This document shows positions 25,701 through 38,144 of a DNA stretch of 64,000 nucleotides, in pieces. The notes under the pieces are model-generated. The model was not told where the DNA came from, ran no database searches, and worked only from the letters and a program-made list of their open reading frames with translations. The stretch covers positions 39,748,401 to 39,812,400 of the forward strand of contig CM120641.1 in the NCBI GenBank assembly GCA_051362555.1, written 5' to 3'. The first letter of the stretch is position 1; each line of letters opens with the position of its first letter. Made by a program: the position numbers and the translations under genes. This stretch comes from Lingula anatina. Lineage: Eukaryota; Animalia; Brachiopoda.

Positions 25701-28700
25701 AAGTGATGTAATATTTATGGCCAGTGATTCCTTTGAGATTGAATAATCTTTACATTCTTTAGTTCAATTTTACTATTGCCTGCAATTTGCTCTGGTAACC
25801 ATTATTGTGTGTGTGCGTGCGTGTACATGTAGGTTGGGGGGGGGGGTCTTGACATATTTTGTAATATTGTATATGAAACATAACTTACTTTATTTTGTTT
25901 TTAATTTGTTAAAAAAAAAAAAGCCCACTGGGACAGATTAATGCAGAAAGCTTGTGCTAGCGCATAGACCTAGTCACGATTTATTCTCCCCAAGGTAATA
26001 ATTTATAACCTACTTTACTTGTACACCCATGTATCACCAAATTAAATACTGCAGCTGTTTAGTAATGCATAGGTAGTGTTCATAACAGCTAAACTCCACA
26101 TCTGGGAAAACCGAGAGGGGATTGGTTAAATATAGAATTATGCATTAAATATAGGCTTTAGCTAATATGTATGAAGCTCATTAAATTTGAGTTCGTTTCC
26201 AAGTGATGATAATTTTATATATGTCTTAATTGGCTATTTCAAGTGAATTGACTGATATTTATGACATTATAGATTTGAAAAGTTAAATGAAAAACGCAGG
26301 GGGAGGGTGGGGGACAAATTTAAAAATGATTACAAGTTTAAAAGTTATAAGCAGTTCAAATCTGAAAATGTCAAAAGCATTCGTGTTTCTCCTGCTATTT
26401 TTTTTTGTTTCATACTGGTAGTGTTGGGCGGCTACAAGGTGAATTAATGGGTTTGTTGGTGTCATTAATTGCTAGGTATTTGCTGCAGCTACAGAGATGA
26501 ATTAATTTTAGACTTGGTTAAAGAGACTGTTTAATATGATTTTTGCTGTCTGAAATCTTTGTGATAAATATCATACTTGAATAAGATATATCTTACACCA
26601 ATATTCCCAAGACCTTATACATGCTTTTAAAATACAGAAATAATATTTTTAAGTATTTTATGGAGGGGTGGGGATGGGTGAGATGGAGTTCAACTGCTTA
26701 CCTGTTTTAAGCCAAGATACAAAAAGTACTAGTAACCAAAATAAAATGGTAACCAAAAAAGAAACCTCATTTTGTTTTAAATTTTGGGCCGTTTGCCTAG
26801 AATAAAGTCGTTGTCAGTGGTAAATGTTGTGAATTTGTTAAAAAATAAAAGCAAGTCCCCCATTTAATGTCACCCTAATGTGTAAAGCTCTGATTTCCTG
26901 ATCCCCCTTAATCATATGCAAATGATGTTATCGTAGTCATATCTAGACTATATACCCCTCTCTGTGTGCTTAAGATCTGCTCTACATTGCTGGTGTTTTA
27001 TTCGTGAGTTATTAATACAGGCAGACCAGGTGTAAGACAGTCAAGTTATGTGGCTTCCAGGATAAAAAGTCCATGTACAACAGTCTGCGCTCCAGCCTAG
27101 CCTCTGTTGTTAAACTTAGCTCTTAAGTGTAATAATAGAGTTATTCAATCTTGAACAAGTGGAAAGGGCATCTTTTCAGTTTTGGGGTCAGATTTGTGAG
27201 CTGACCTGTTTTCTGACAGCCGTACAGTGTGAGGCTTGCACCAGGATGACATTATTGGTGTTTAACTGCAGTGGTTAAGTCCAACAGGATTTACAATTGA
27301 CAGGTTGATGCAACAACATATGGTACATAATTTGGGGACCTACAGTGGGTTTTCTATTATAGTTGGTAGCAGATTCTACAGATGAAAGTTGTGATGAGGA
27401 CTCTACCACATTAAAAATAATGCCGGAGAACAACAGCAGTAAGTGGACTGGACTACGGCTGGCCCTACTAGTCCTCTTCTTGGTCCTGTATCTGGTGATA
27501 GGATCAGTAGTGTTTTCTGCCTTGGAAGGACCCATGGAGCAGAAGGAGATAAAGGAAATAACGAAGTTACGAGCAGAATTTCTTGGAAATCATTCCTGTA
27601 TCAGTGGTAAGCATAATCCAGTACCATTATACTGCAAGGCAACTTTGGAACTGTTTAGTTGTTTTATATTTGCCCTAACCTGTATTTCTTTCAGGATAAA
27701 TATTATATCTTATTATGACTATAAAAGGAAAATGAGGATATCATATTGTATAAATTCTTTGCAGACCAATTAACATTTGTTGTACAAATTTATATGATTT
27801 TTGCTCAATATCTTACAAACTAAGTAAATTTTGTGACATTTGAATATTATATATATATTATACCGAAAGAGAAAAATGAACTAAATCAGTGTGCTTGTTC
27901 CATGTTTATTGTGCCCGGGAAACAAACAGACTGATTTAGTTCATTTCTCTTTCTCTTTATATATGGAGTTATTTGTGAATCCATCTATTCATAATGCTTG
28001 TAAGAAAGCCCCCAAAAGAAACCTCAACAGGTATGGGTATAAAATGATAGATAAGATTATCACTTGTAGTCTGTCTGATATTAACAGCTGTAATGTCAGT
28101 TTGAGTTGCATGTCGTGAATATTCCAGACACCATATTTCATATCAAGGTTCTCTTTAATATATTCACCCAGCCTTGTCCACTCATACCTGTATAGATCCT
28201 ATAAATGGGGTGGCGATTAAGCCAGTGTGTCAGAACTGAGTGTTATTTCCTTGATGGAAGAGAACATGCAATTGTATACAGTTATGTTTTTTACTTTTCT
28301 TAATTTTTTCATGCTAGAAGATTATAGCAAGAGTTTTTACGAAATGAACAATACACTGGCAAAGTGCAATTAAATTTCATTTCATTTTGATTGTAAAGTA
28401 TTTATAAAAGTCAGCTGATAATGTAATATTGATAAACTCATTTGAAGAAAAATCAGTTTCCTCAATGGTTTATCTTACTAAACGGTAATACACGTGTCTG
28501 AACCAGATTTAATTTCAGTGTAAGCAGCTTAATTGACTTGTAATATGTTAATTATAAGTGAAAATAGATCTTATTAATTTAGCTTCTACAACTATATATA
28601 TATATATATATATCAAGACAAAGACAAAATACAAAACGAAACCAGAGTATATCATGTATACCAGTAATGTGCAGCTTAAAAACTTGGCACCTGTTAACCT

Positions 28701-29709
28701 ATAATGTATATACATTGTACAGATCCTGGCCTAAATTTAAGCATCAAGCATATTTATTCTAAGGTGGCTGTGTAAAAAAAGAAAGCTGCATGTTATAAAG
28801 CTGAATCAATAGCTTGAATAAAAAGTAAGAACACATAAATGACTATATAGTGATCCATTTGAAAATCTTAGTGTTGGGTTGTCATGTCAGTTCTCTGTGT
28901 TTGTCCTAGGGTTTAGCTTAAGAGAAAGAAGAAATATACAGTTGCTCATTGAAGGTCATTTACATACTGAGTATAATAGTATGTTCCAAATGACACATGG
29001 TTAGGATGTAACTGAGGGTGCTTTTCATCAAACAAATTGGCCTAATGTTTTTCTTTAATTAATCTTTTTTGCATGTATTGAATTAGTTACTTCAAATATC
29101 AATTTTACTATGAATTAAACTGCTTTAGTTCTGCTTGTTTCATTTTGTTGAGGCTCAAATGTGTACTGCTTGCCTTTCTAAATAGGAAATTTACCAAATT
29201 AACTTTGTCAGCACTTTATTTTGAATGCAATTAAGGTGATTACCAATTCAGCTCTCAACTCCATCAGCTCATTCCTCACAGTGCTCATCTTCTTAGGCAA
29301 GCATTACATATACAATAATGTATCAAGGAAGTGGATAGTACATATACAAACCAAGTTGAGCTCTCTCCAAAGACCCATAAGACAAATGAATCATAGGAAG
29401 GGCTGACATCTTTCTGTTCACTAATGAAGTTAATATGTAAATTAAAGATTAGTGGTTCTGTTGTAGTAGACAAGGAAATGGAGACCAGTGCAGCAAATTC
29501 ACAGAGGTGCCATTACATAAGGCATGTTAAAGGACACGTTTAACAACATTCACCTGCCTTATCTTGAGGGCAACAGTTAAGAAGTACACCAGGGTCTCGG
29601 TGTAAGAATAAACTCTACCTGCTGATAGATAAAGGAACATATAAATCTGATAGCAAGCACATCAAATGAAGCTTTTGCAACAGGGTGCTTTATTTTTGTC
29701 ATGTATTGA

Positions 29710-29755
<46 letters not shown>

Positions 29756-32700
29756 GATTTTATCACTTGAAGTCACTTGCTTCAACATCTTGTAGATCTT
29801 AATTTCATGGCTTGATTTATAATTTATTTCACTTACAATTTTTACTTATTACAAATTTTAACTAGTGTACTTTTTAACACAAATTCTTATGGTTGTCTCA
29901 GACACTGGTCTTCAGTTTAGTTGGACACTATGCCATATTTCCCCACACTGATGTTTTTTTCCACTTCATGTGCATGAAGACATGAATAGAATTTATTTGT
30001 GTGCATGAATGAAATAACATAAAAACATGAGGTTATTGACATCACATAAATTCGCCTTCAATTCTGCTATCTTAATATGTTCCTTATATCCCATTTCCAG
30101 ATGCAGAACTTGAGCGTTTAATAGTCAAAATTGTAAAGTACAGTGAACGTGGCGTGTCTGCAGTGCGCAATGCTACAATGGAACCAAACTGGAGCTTTGG
30201 ACAGTCCTTCTTCTTTGCTGGGACAGTTCTCACCACTATAGGTAACTTCACAGTGGCTATTGCCATTTTTAAGTACATGCCTATGACACCAGCACTGTCA
30301 TCTGAACTTACTCCTGTCTTACGTAAGGAAGTGGCTCATCTTTTGATTCATTAAGTAGTCTGTTTATACATTACACGTTTCCATAGAAACTAGATGGTTA
30401 TGTGAATGAGCATTGTGAAATTATGAAAAAGAAATTTTTCCAAAATATAATAAATGTAACATCTTAAAAGTAACATATATCAGGGGCGGATCCAGAGATA
30501 TTTTCTGACAGTCTTCCAATTTATCTTTGTTAATTCGTCCTCAATTTTTGACCGTCTTCCGACAGAAAATATTAGATACCCGTCAATGTAAACTTAAAAA
30601 ACTGACCGTCTTCCAGAAGACCCAGAAGACGGCCTAAATCCGCCCCTGTATATGAAGCGAGCATGGAGTTCCTATGATGCATATAAATCATTTTCTATTA
30701 GTTTCTTACAGTATATTCAAATAGAGTCCACATGACAAAAGATAAAGCAAATAAATTACTTGATTGGTCAATTAAAAGCTGTGAAACTGCATCTTTTTCA
30801 AAATTCTCATCAAAAACTTGACCTTTTTATCTGTCCCGCCAAATGACGTTATGTATAATTGCACAACTGCCGAGTGTCCAATAGCACGAATATGTAAATG
30901 AGAGGCAGAAATGGTCTAGGGTTCTATCTATCTATCTATCTATCTATATATATATATACAACAGAAAATACCTGTTCAAAAGTTGTTCCTTTTAGTTATT
31001 CCATTTTAATCAAGAGAGCATTCAGAACAGCAGACTTGTAACATAGATTTGCAGATTGAATGCTTGTTGCATAATCCCCATTGAGAATCCATTTTAGTGC
31101 TTAACCAGAAATTAAGTGGCAAGCTTTTTAATGGGTGAGTGACTATTATTTTATCCGTGGATCTGCTAGTCCACTGTTCTGAATGCGACCTATATGACTT
31201 GGTCAGGTTTACTGACAAAGATTACACTGCACTTCCCAGACAGCCTCAGTGATCTGGCCCACATCTGGCCCAGATCTGGCAACGTCTGGCAAAAGGTATG
31301 GCCCACGTATGGCTTGCCAGATGTGGGCCAGATGTGGCAATGTTTGGGCCAGATCTGGCCCAGACATTGCCACATCTGGCCCAGTCCACATTTGCTCATG
31401 TGGCCAGATGTCGGCCCAGATCTGGCAATATCTGGCAAAGGTATGGCATGCCAGATGTGGACCAGATGTGGGCCGGATCATATTTAAATGGGCCAGATTA
31501 GGGCCAGACATGGACCACATATGGCCCAGATTGTTTTTTTTTTATTATTTCACATTTGCTCATGTGGCCAGATCTGGCCCAGATCTGGCAATATCTGGCA
31601 AAGGTATGGCATGCCGGATGTGGGCCAGATTAGGGCCGGACATGGACCACATATGGCCCAGATTGTTTTTTTTTTTTTTCTTTTTTTAATTATTTTTAAT
31701 TATTCAATAAGATAACTATAAAAAAAGACATACAAGATTCAAGATTCAAGTATTTATTCTGTGCTAAAACCCTAAACAAAATTATTACACATTATATAAC
31801 CTTGCTGGCAACTAACATGCAACAAATTAAGGGCCACTCCTTGTCTTTTTGTACAAAACAATTTGTATGTTTGAAAAAAAAAAAAAAAAACCACACTGCA
31901 AAAAGGCAAATATACAGACACTTAACAGGAGGAAATGTCACTTACATACATGTAAAGAAAACAGTTATAACAACAATTTTTTTTTCAACACAAAGCTGCT
32001 CATCGAATCTGAATTAACACAAATTACAAAAATTGTAATTAATTATGCATGTACATGGGGGGGGGGGGGGGGGGGGGGGGATTTGAGGGGGAAATATTTT
32101 TGCACACCTCAACCTAAATAATATTATACATTGTCATTTTTAAACTAATTAAAACATATCATTAATAATAATAATCACTAATGAATATAGTTTTCTAATG
32201 AATAAATCTTGAATAATGAATGAAAAAACATTCTTTTTTAGATGATGGAGAGTTATAACAAAATTATAAATAACCATGCAGTAACTGTTTCAATTCAACT
32301 TGCATGCTGGCTATAGTACTGTACATACATGTAAATTCTGAAAAAAAAAATATGTATACTCCAGCACAGATATAGATGTACAATTAAAAGAGAATTACAT
32401 GTGCACAAAAACAAACCCCAGTATCAATGCTTTTGAATTAAATCACATCACGAATCAAATCACTCAATGAATTGAACCAGTTTGCAATGCTTGCGCTTTT
32501 TTCAAATCCATAACACTAAGAAATGATACACCCGCCTCCTTGACAAGCTTATAATTATTAAAGGAATCAACAATGGAACAAGTAACTCTACCAAGTTAAC
32601 AAAAGTTCATTCAAATGTCAAGTCCAAACACAACATCCCTTCCTTTCTTGGAGAGAAACGGTCCTTTCAAAACATGTTAATTGACAGTTCAGTCTTTAAA

Positions 32701-35700
32701 ATGTCTTTTCAAACATTTGCAGAATAGCATATGAACTCCAACTTTTATTCCTTAAACCACACTGAAAATTCTCAAAACTAATCAACTCATATCAAATCCC
32801 ATGTCCTTTCACTACTACTGGTCTCTTCCTTTGCTTGCCTTTACGTCATATTCAAATGTTCCCTTCACTTTTAAAGGTTTCTCAGGCGTGTATGAATAAT
32901 ACTGTTTGTTTTCTGGTCCTCCACAAGAGACACATTTATTTTTCTTGGATTTCAGCATTCTCCATGTATTTTCATCAATGATATTACAATATGCACCTGA
33001 ATCTGGTAATACACTGAGATTAACACCTCCTCTATTTCCTCCATGTCTTCTGTGCATTGGTTCCCACACCAAATGTATATGCACTCCTGGATTATCATGT
33101 TCAAAGCTGTCATTTACATGAATAATAGTTTCAGTTTTGCAGAGTTTTGCAAAGTGATCCAACGTTCCATGTTTTCTCAGTCAGGGAGTTTCTACTTCGT
33201 TTTTCATGTCTAAACTCGTAATGTTTAGACTGGCTTGGTTTGTCAAATGACTTAAGTTTCATCATACTCAGTTTCTGGTGTTCCAATTTCATTCAAAGCG
33301 TTAACTGTCTTATGTATATTCATGTTTCTAACCTGTGTTTGGGAGAGTCCTGAAAATATCTTGTAAGTTGTACACCTGTCCCTGCTGAATACAACATAAG
33401 CGCGCGTCTCCTTTGTCATGTATTTTTAATTTTCTATCTTTGTTCATTATTCATGCCGTTCGTTGGTTTTGAAAAGATCAATCTTTTCCGTCAGCGAAGA
33501 GTTTAAACTGTCTAGCCATCGCGTCGAGCGTGACCCTAATGTCTCCGGACTTCTGTACGGTTCGAATTCCGTAATTTCACATTTTTTCTCCATTTTTTTC
33601 AAAGAAACTTGACTCACAGTTTTGCACTAGTGTTTATCCTCGTCGCCAGTGTTGATGCCTTCGAAATAAATCGCACCACGAATCAAATCACTCAACGAAA
33701 TTGTATCAGTTTGATACGCTTGTGCTTTTTTCATATCCATAACTTTAGAAACGCTACATCCGGGTCCTTGACCGGCTTAGCATAAAAAGCGGAATCTTAC
33801 AACAGCGGAACGAGTAGTCCAAAAAAGTTTTAGATCAGTGAATTCATTCAAATGTCAAGTCAAATTAAACAAATTGCACACTTATGAGGGGACTTTGAAG
33901 AAAAAAGAGAGAGACAAATTAAATCAAAATTTATCAAATGACGTCAGTTCAATGCATTCAGCTCACTGGTCAATAAAAAATAAAGAAATAGAAAATAAAA
34001 ATTGAAAATGAAAGTACCATATCTGGCCCAAGTCTGGGCAGCATCTGGCAAAATGTGGCATAAATGCCAGACTTGGCCAGACTTGGCCCAGATCTGGCAA
34101 GTGTCTGGCAAAATGTGGCATAAATGCCAGACTTTGCCAGACTTGGCCCAGATCTGGCAAGTGTCTGGCAAAATCTGGCCCAGATATTGCCAGACGTTGC
34201 CAGATCTGGGCCAGACGTGGGCCAGATTACTGAGGCTGTCTGGGTTGTAACTTTGAAGAATAAAAAAGACAGATATAAGAATCTGTGAAAATGTTTCCCA
34301 TTGCCATTACTGTATATAAGCAGCTCTGTTTTCCAAGAATCCTAAAACTTATTTTGAGAAGCTGCTGCAACAAGTTATTCGCAGTGGACTCCCAACTTTG
34401 AAAAAATAACATTAATCTTGTTAAATAAAGTGCATAATGCCAGTGTGGATAATAACACTAGTTGTAAATACAGGGAATTTGCCACAGATATTGGATTACC
34501 CACAAGACTAATGCATTCTCCAATAATTGTCAAACAAATTATCTGAAGACAGAAGTATGGATTTATGTAATTGAGCTTGTCTTAATTTTCTTTCCTCTCT
34601 TTGAGGTGCATGAATATTTGTCTTGGGCACTTACAAAGATGCATTGTATCTTGATGTTACATATTTAAATGTCTCTTAATAGTCAGAAAATTCAGTGGTC
34701 AAAAAGTTGATTGGATACCAGATTAGCTATAGATTATTATGATTATTGCTACTATTTTTATTAGATTAATTCTCAAAAGTTTAAAACTTCAAATTGTGTC
34801 AATTTTTTTCCTAACTAGTAAACCTGACTGATAAACCTTCAGACTGTAGGGATGCTTCCTCATGTTTTTAACTGAGAATACCACACTGGGCTGACAAAGC
34901 AGATACATGTAGCTGATTTATTTATAGGTCTCATCAGCTTTTTGTCATTTTATAGAATTTTTTTTTCATAAAATGCATCAAATAGAACAAAGTATACTGG
35001 TGTCAGTGGTTATATACAATAGTGTTTATATTCTATATGGAAATACCACACAATAAGTATTGAGACCAAGCAGTCACGTTTGAAGCTAAGAGTCCAATAG
35101 TGCATGTTGTTTAGCAGTAAAGATGAAATGATAATGGCACTTTTATATGTCTGTTAGATTGACATCTGTGTACAAGTAATTTAATATAGATTTTATATTT
35201 AATACCTAAAGCCAGGTATGCAGCTATAACAGCTGTTAAAGAGTCCATCTGTTTTGGGCAAAGTATTTGATAAAGACATCTTCTGATGCACTTGATTGAA
35301 AACCATTTCACCAAGAGAACAGCAGCTTTCATGACTGCTGCACTGATAAATTATATATTTGATTAATTCTTATTTTTCACAGTTGATTGATAAAGGAAAT
35401 CTTTAAAAGAATGATGATAAAAAGGCCATTCATCTTGGAAATCAGCACATCTGATACCAGATATTGTTACAAGTAATCAGAAAAAAGATCATCATGATGA
35501 TTTCTTTCAATCATATTTCACTATACAAAATGCAGTTATGGTTCGGTGTAATATGCCTTCAAAGTATCAGATTATGTGCTGTAAGCAACCCTTGTGATGT
35601 CGTACTGGTTCAGCATGAAGAAAGTTAATGCACTTTGAAGCTAAACTTTTTCCACATTATCATATGAAAAAGGGAAAACATACCATTCGTAATTAACATT

Positions 35701-38144
35701 ATTACTTGCGAAAAATTTTTCTCAAGTATATTGGTCCGCTTTTTTGTGCATTTGTGGTCAATTTTTTGTCCTGCAGAAGAGGCCACAATTTTGTTTGGAG
35801 ATTTTTGTTAAAAAAAAAATCACTAGATTTATAAGAGACCCAGGATGAACTGATTTATTTTTTATAAGGATCAGATTATGACTGGCAATATTTTAAAATA
35901 TTTTAAAATTTTGAACTCTCATTTAAGATAGATGTCTGTGAAGAGAGAGTACATGAAATGACAGACACAGTAAAATTGATTACGCTTGTCACCCCTACTA
36001 TAATTCAGACAATGAATGAATGCTATAATTGTAAACTGCAGGTGATTACTGTTAGTGTTCCATCAGCCACTATCACTGGCAACATAAAAGCTACTAGTAG
36101 GTTATAATACTTCTCCAGCATGCTTTGGTAAAATTTTCCAGAGATCAAATACTAACTGACTGCGCATGATCTCTGTATCTGTGGCTGAGAGATCTGGAGT
36201 CTCCAAAGACAGCATGGACAATCCAGCATCAGTTCAATTGGCCAAACTTTCTCTACTATACACTCTACTGAGAATAAAAACTATTCTCTGTTTATACTAT
36301 ATATAAAATGAAGAACTTAGAAAAATATATCAAAGTGATTCCTGTAGAAAGATATATTGAGACCAATAATTTTGAAAGACACATCTGGTAGAGCTTTAAT
36401 TGTATTATATTTTGCAAGTCCTTGCTCTGTAGAGCGATTTAATAATTATTTGTTTTTTATATTATTTCAGGTTATGGTCATGTGGCCCCATTGTCAGATG
36501 GAGGGAAGGCTTTCTGTATATTTTACGCTTTGATTGGGATTCCATTGACTCTGATCATGTTCACTGCCATTGTAGAGCGCCTCAACATCCCAGTGACAGT
36601 CTTTCTACAGTATTTGCTGAATAAAATGCAGCATTTAGCCTCACCATTTCACATAAGACTGGTGCATTTGTTCCTGGTCATTGGACTTGTGCTGCTCTTC
36701 ATTTTTCTCATCCCTGCTGCCATATTTACTGCTCTTGAGGTGGAATGGAACTATTTAGATTCATTTTATTATTGCTTCATCTCCATGACAACTATAGGAC
36801 TTGGAGATTATATCCCGGGAGAACATCCAGACCAGCAGTCCAGGACTGTGTATAAAATAGCCACAACAAGTAAGTAATATTTAGATCTGCTCTTTTATTT
36901 GGTCACCAAGACAAGGCACATGTTCAGAGGATGAGAATTTGCCTTAGACTTGGTACCTATCGTACCAGCAGGATCGATCCAACTCCGAGGGGATTCTTGC
37001 TAAATTGCATTCAGTTTAAGCAGCCTAAATGTCTGTCACGCCCACTGAAGCTGCTAGGGGATATTTAACTTTCATGCACACTTAATCTGAGTTTAACAAA
37101 TAAACTTAATTTGGCGAGAATCCCCTCCGAAATAGATCAATCCTACTAGTACAATAGGGTTATGGGAATAGTCCCTTTGACTGAACGATACTCTGGATAC
37201 TATCAAACAGTCAGTTGGATATAAAAGGTTTCCTTTATTAACATGGAGATTTAAATTAGAATGGCCACAAAAAGTCATTTTTTTTTTTATAGGTCCACAC
37301 ATGCTTGAGGAGACCATCAGTTCGATAAGGTGTAATATTGAATTGCTTTAGTTTCAATGCCAATTTCCTCTCATTTTTACAACAGGTGTCTTATGTGATA
37401 TTCAAGTTAAGGCCAAGCATTTCCTGTAAACATGAATTAAAACCCACATCTTGGTACATGCTAATCACTCTCAAAGAATTAGGAAACTGAAATACAGCTG
37501 GTACCTTTGAGACTCAATTGCCACCCACAGATATTGATTGGAAGACTCGAGCCACCTGATCAATGATAAAACAAAACAAATAATTGATTTCTTGAAGATG
37601 GTGTTACTTAGTGCCATGGAAATGAAAAAAAAAAAGTATACATGAGGGACAAATGATAAAAATGCTAATGTTACATTGATTTGTACTTAAATCGAGTGTA
37701 ATTAAATCAAGTAAGTTGCCACAGGAGTATAAAAAGGCAATTTTGTTCAGTTCAATTATTTTTACAGGCAATTTTTTTCAGGATGTGCCCTGAAATAAAG
37801 CTGAAGATATTTTTAAAACAAAAACATGCCTTATTTATTTTACCAATAATTTTGCAATATGTATGATTCTTGTTGTTTCAGTTTACCTGTATCTTGGGCT
37901 GATTTTCATGATGTTGATGATAGCTGTCCTCTATGAGATTCCCGAGCTCAATCTCGGAATTCACTTCTACATGGCCACAGCGGGGAGTGGAGACGGGGAG
38001 ACAACATACTTACAGGCCAGGAATGGAGGCCCAAACTACACACAGCAGATTGACGAGCCAGTCCACACTATAACTAAGTCATACAAAAGGCAGCTTACCA
38101 GTGATAGTGATGAGGAATCGCCAGCAGCAGTTCAGAATAAATAG
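22764..38144 (+). CDS. KCNK1: Two-pore-domain potassium channel, TWIK (KCNK1/6/7) subfamily; isoform A, 324 aa
   Basis: Exons 22764-22935 (1A), 30101-30241, 36471-36869, 37882-38144, all phase 1. P1 TTIGYGH, P2 TTIGLGD, cap Cys, N-glycosylation site NAT, four TM helices. Confidence 0.92.
27420..27606 (+). CDS. KCNK1: Alternative first coding exon 1B of the TWIK-like channel (isoform B, 329 aa)
   Basis: MPENNSSKWTGLRLALLVLFLVLYLVIGSVVFSALEGPMEQKEIKEITKLRAEFLGNHSCIS followed by G|GTAAGC; paralogous to exon 1A and in the same phase. Confidence 0.9.
27865..27953. repeat. Short fold-back / MITE-like inverted repeat
   Basis: ~37-bp arms containing AAATGAACTAAATCAGT and ACTGATTTAGTTCATTT, in a TA-rich context. 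Confidence 0.75.
30481..30648. mobile_element. MITE with CAGGGGCGGAT TIRs (hAT-like)
   Basis: CAGGGGCGGAT...ATCCGCCCCTG with TATAT on both flanks; same family as 7395-7559. Confidence 0.85.
31235..34244. mobile_element. Non-autonomous CCCAG-terminal DNA transposon (CACTA/EnSpm-like), 3.0 kb
   Basis: ~58-bp TIRs with 2 mismatches (CCCAGACAGCCTCAGTRATCTGGCCCAC...), TT on both flanks, subterminal arrays of ATCTGGCCCAG-like motifs at 31235-31665 and 34015-34244. Confidence 0.88.
32422..33871 (-). mobile_element. Internally deleted Gypsy-like LTR retrotransposon nested in the CACTA-like element
   Basis: 5' LTR ~33650-33871 and 3' LTR 32422-32635; PBS TGGCGACGAGGAT (33648-33636, matches a tRNA-Ser(GCU)-type 3' end); PPT AAGAAAGGAAGGGA (32649-32636); Zn-knuckle remnant HFAKLC and protease motif DSGA in 32815-33162; no RT seen. 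Confidence 0.85.

Noticed and set aside
22764-27606. Exons 1A and 1B as two separate channel genes or as consecutive exons
   Set aside because: No pore exons lie between them, each has its own ATG, and joining them would duplicate TM1 and invert the topology.
31190-31715. Cluster of overlapping W/P/G-rich ORFs (also 33944-34250)
   Set aside because: They are translations of the stop-poor subterminal repeats of the CCCAG transposon, open in many frames on both strands.
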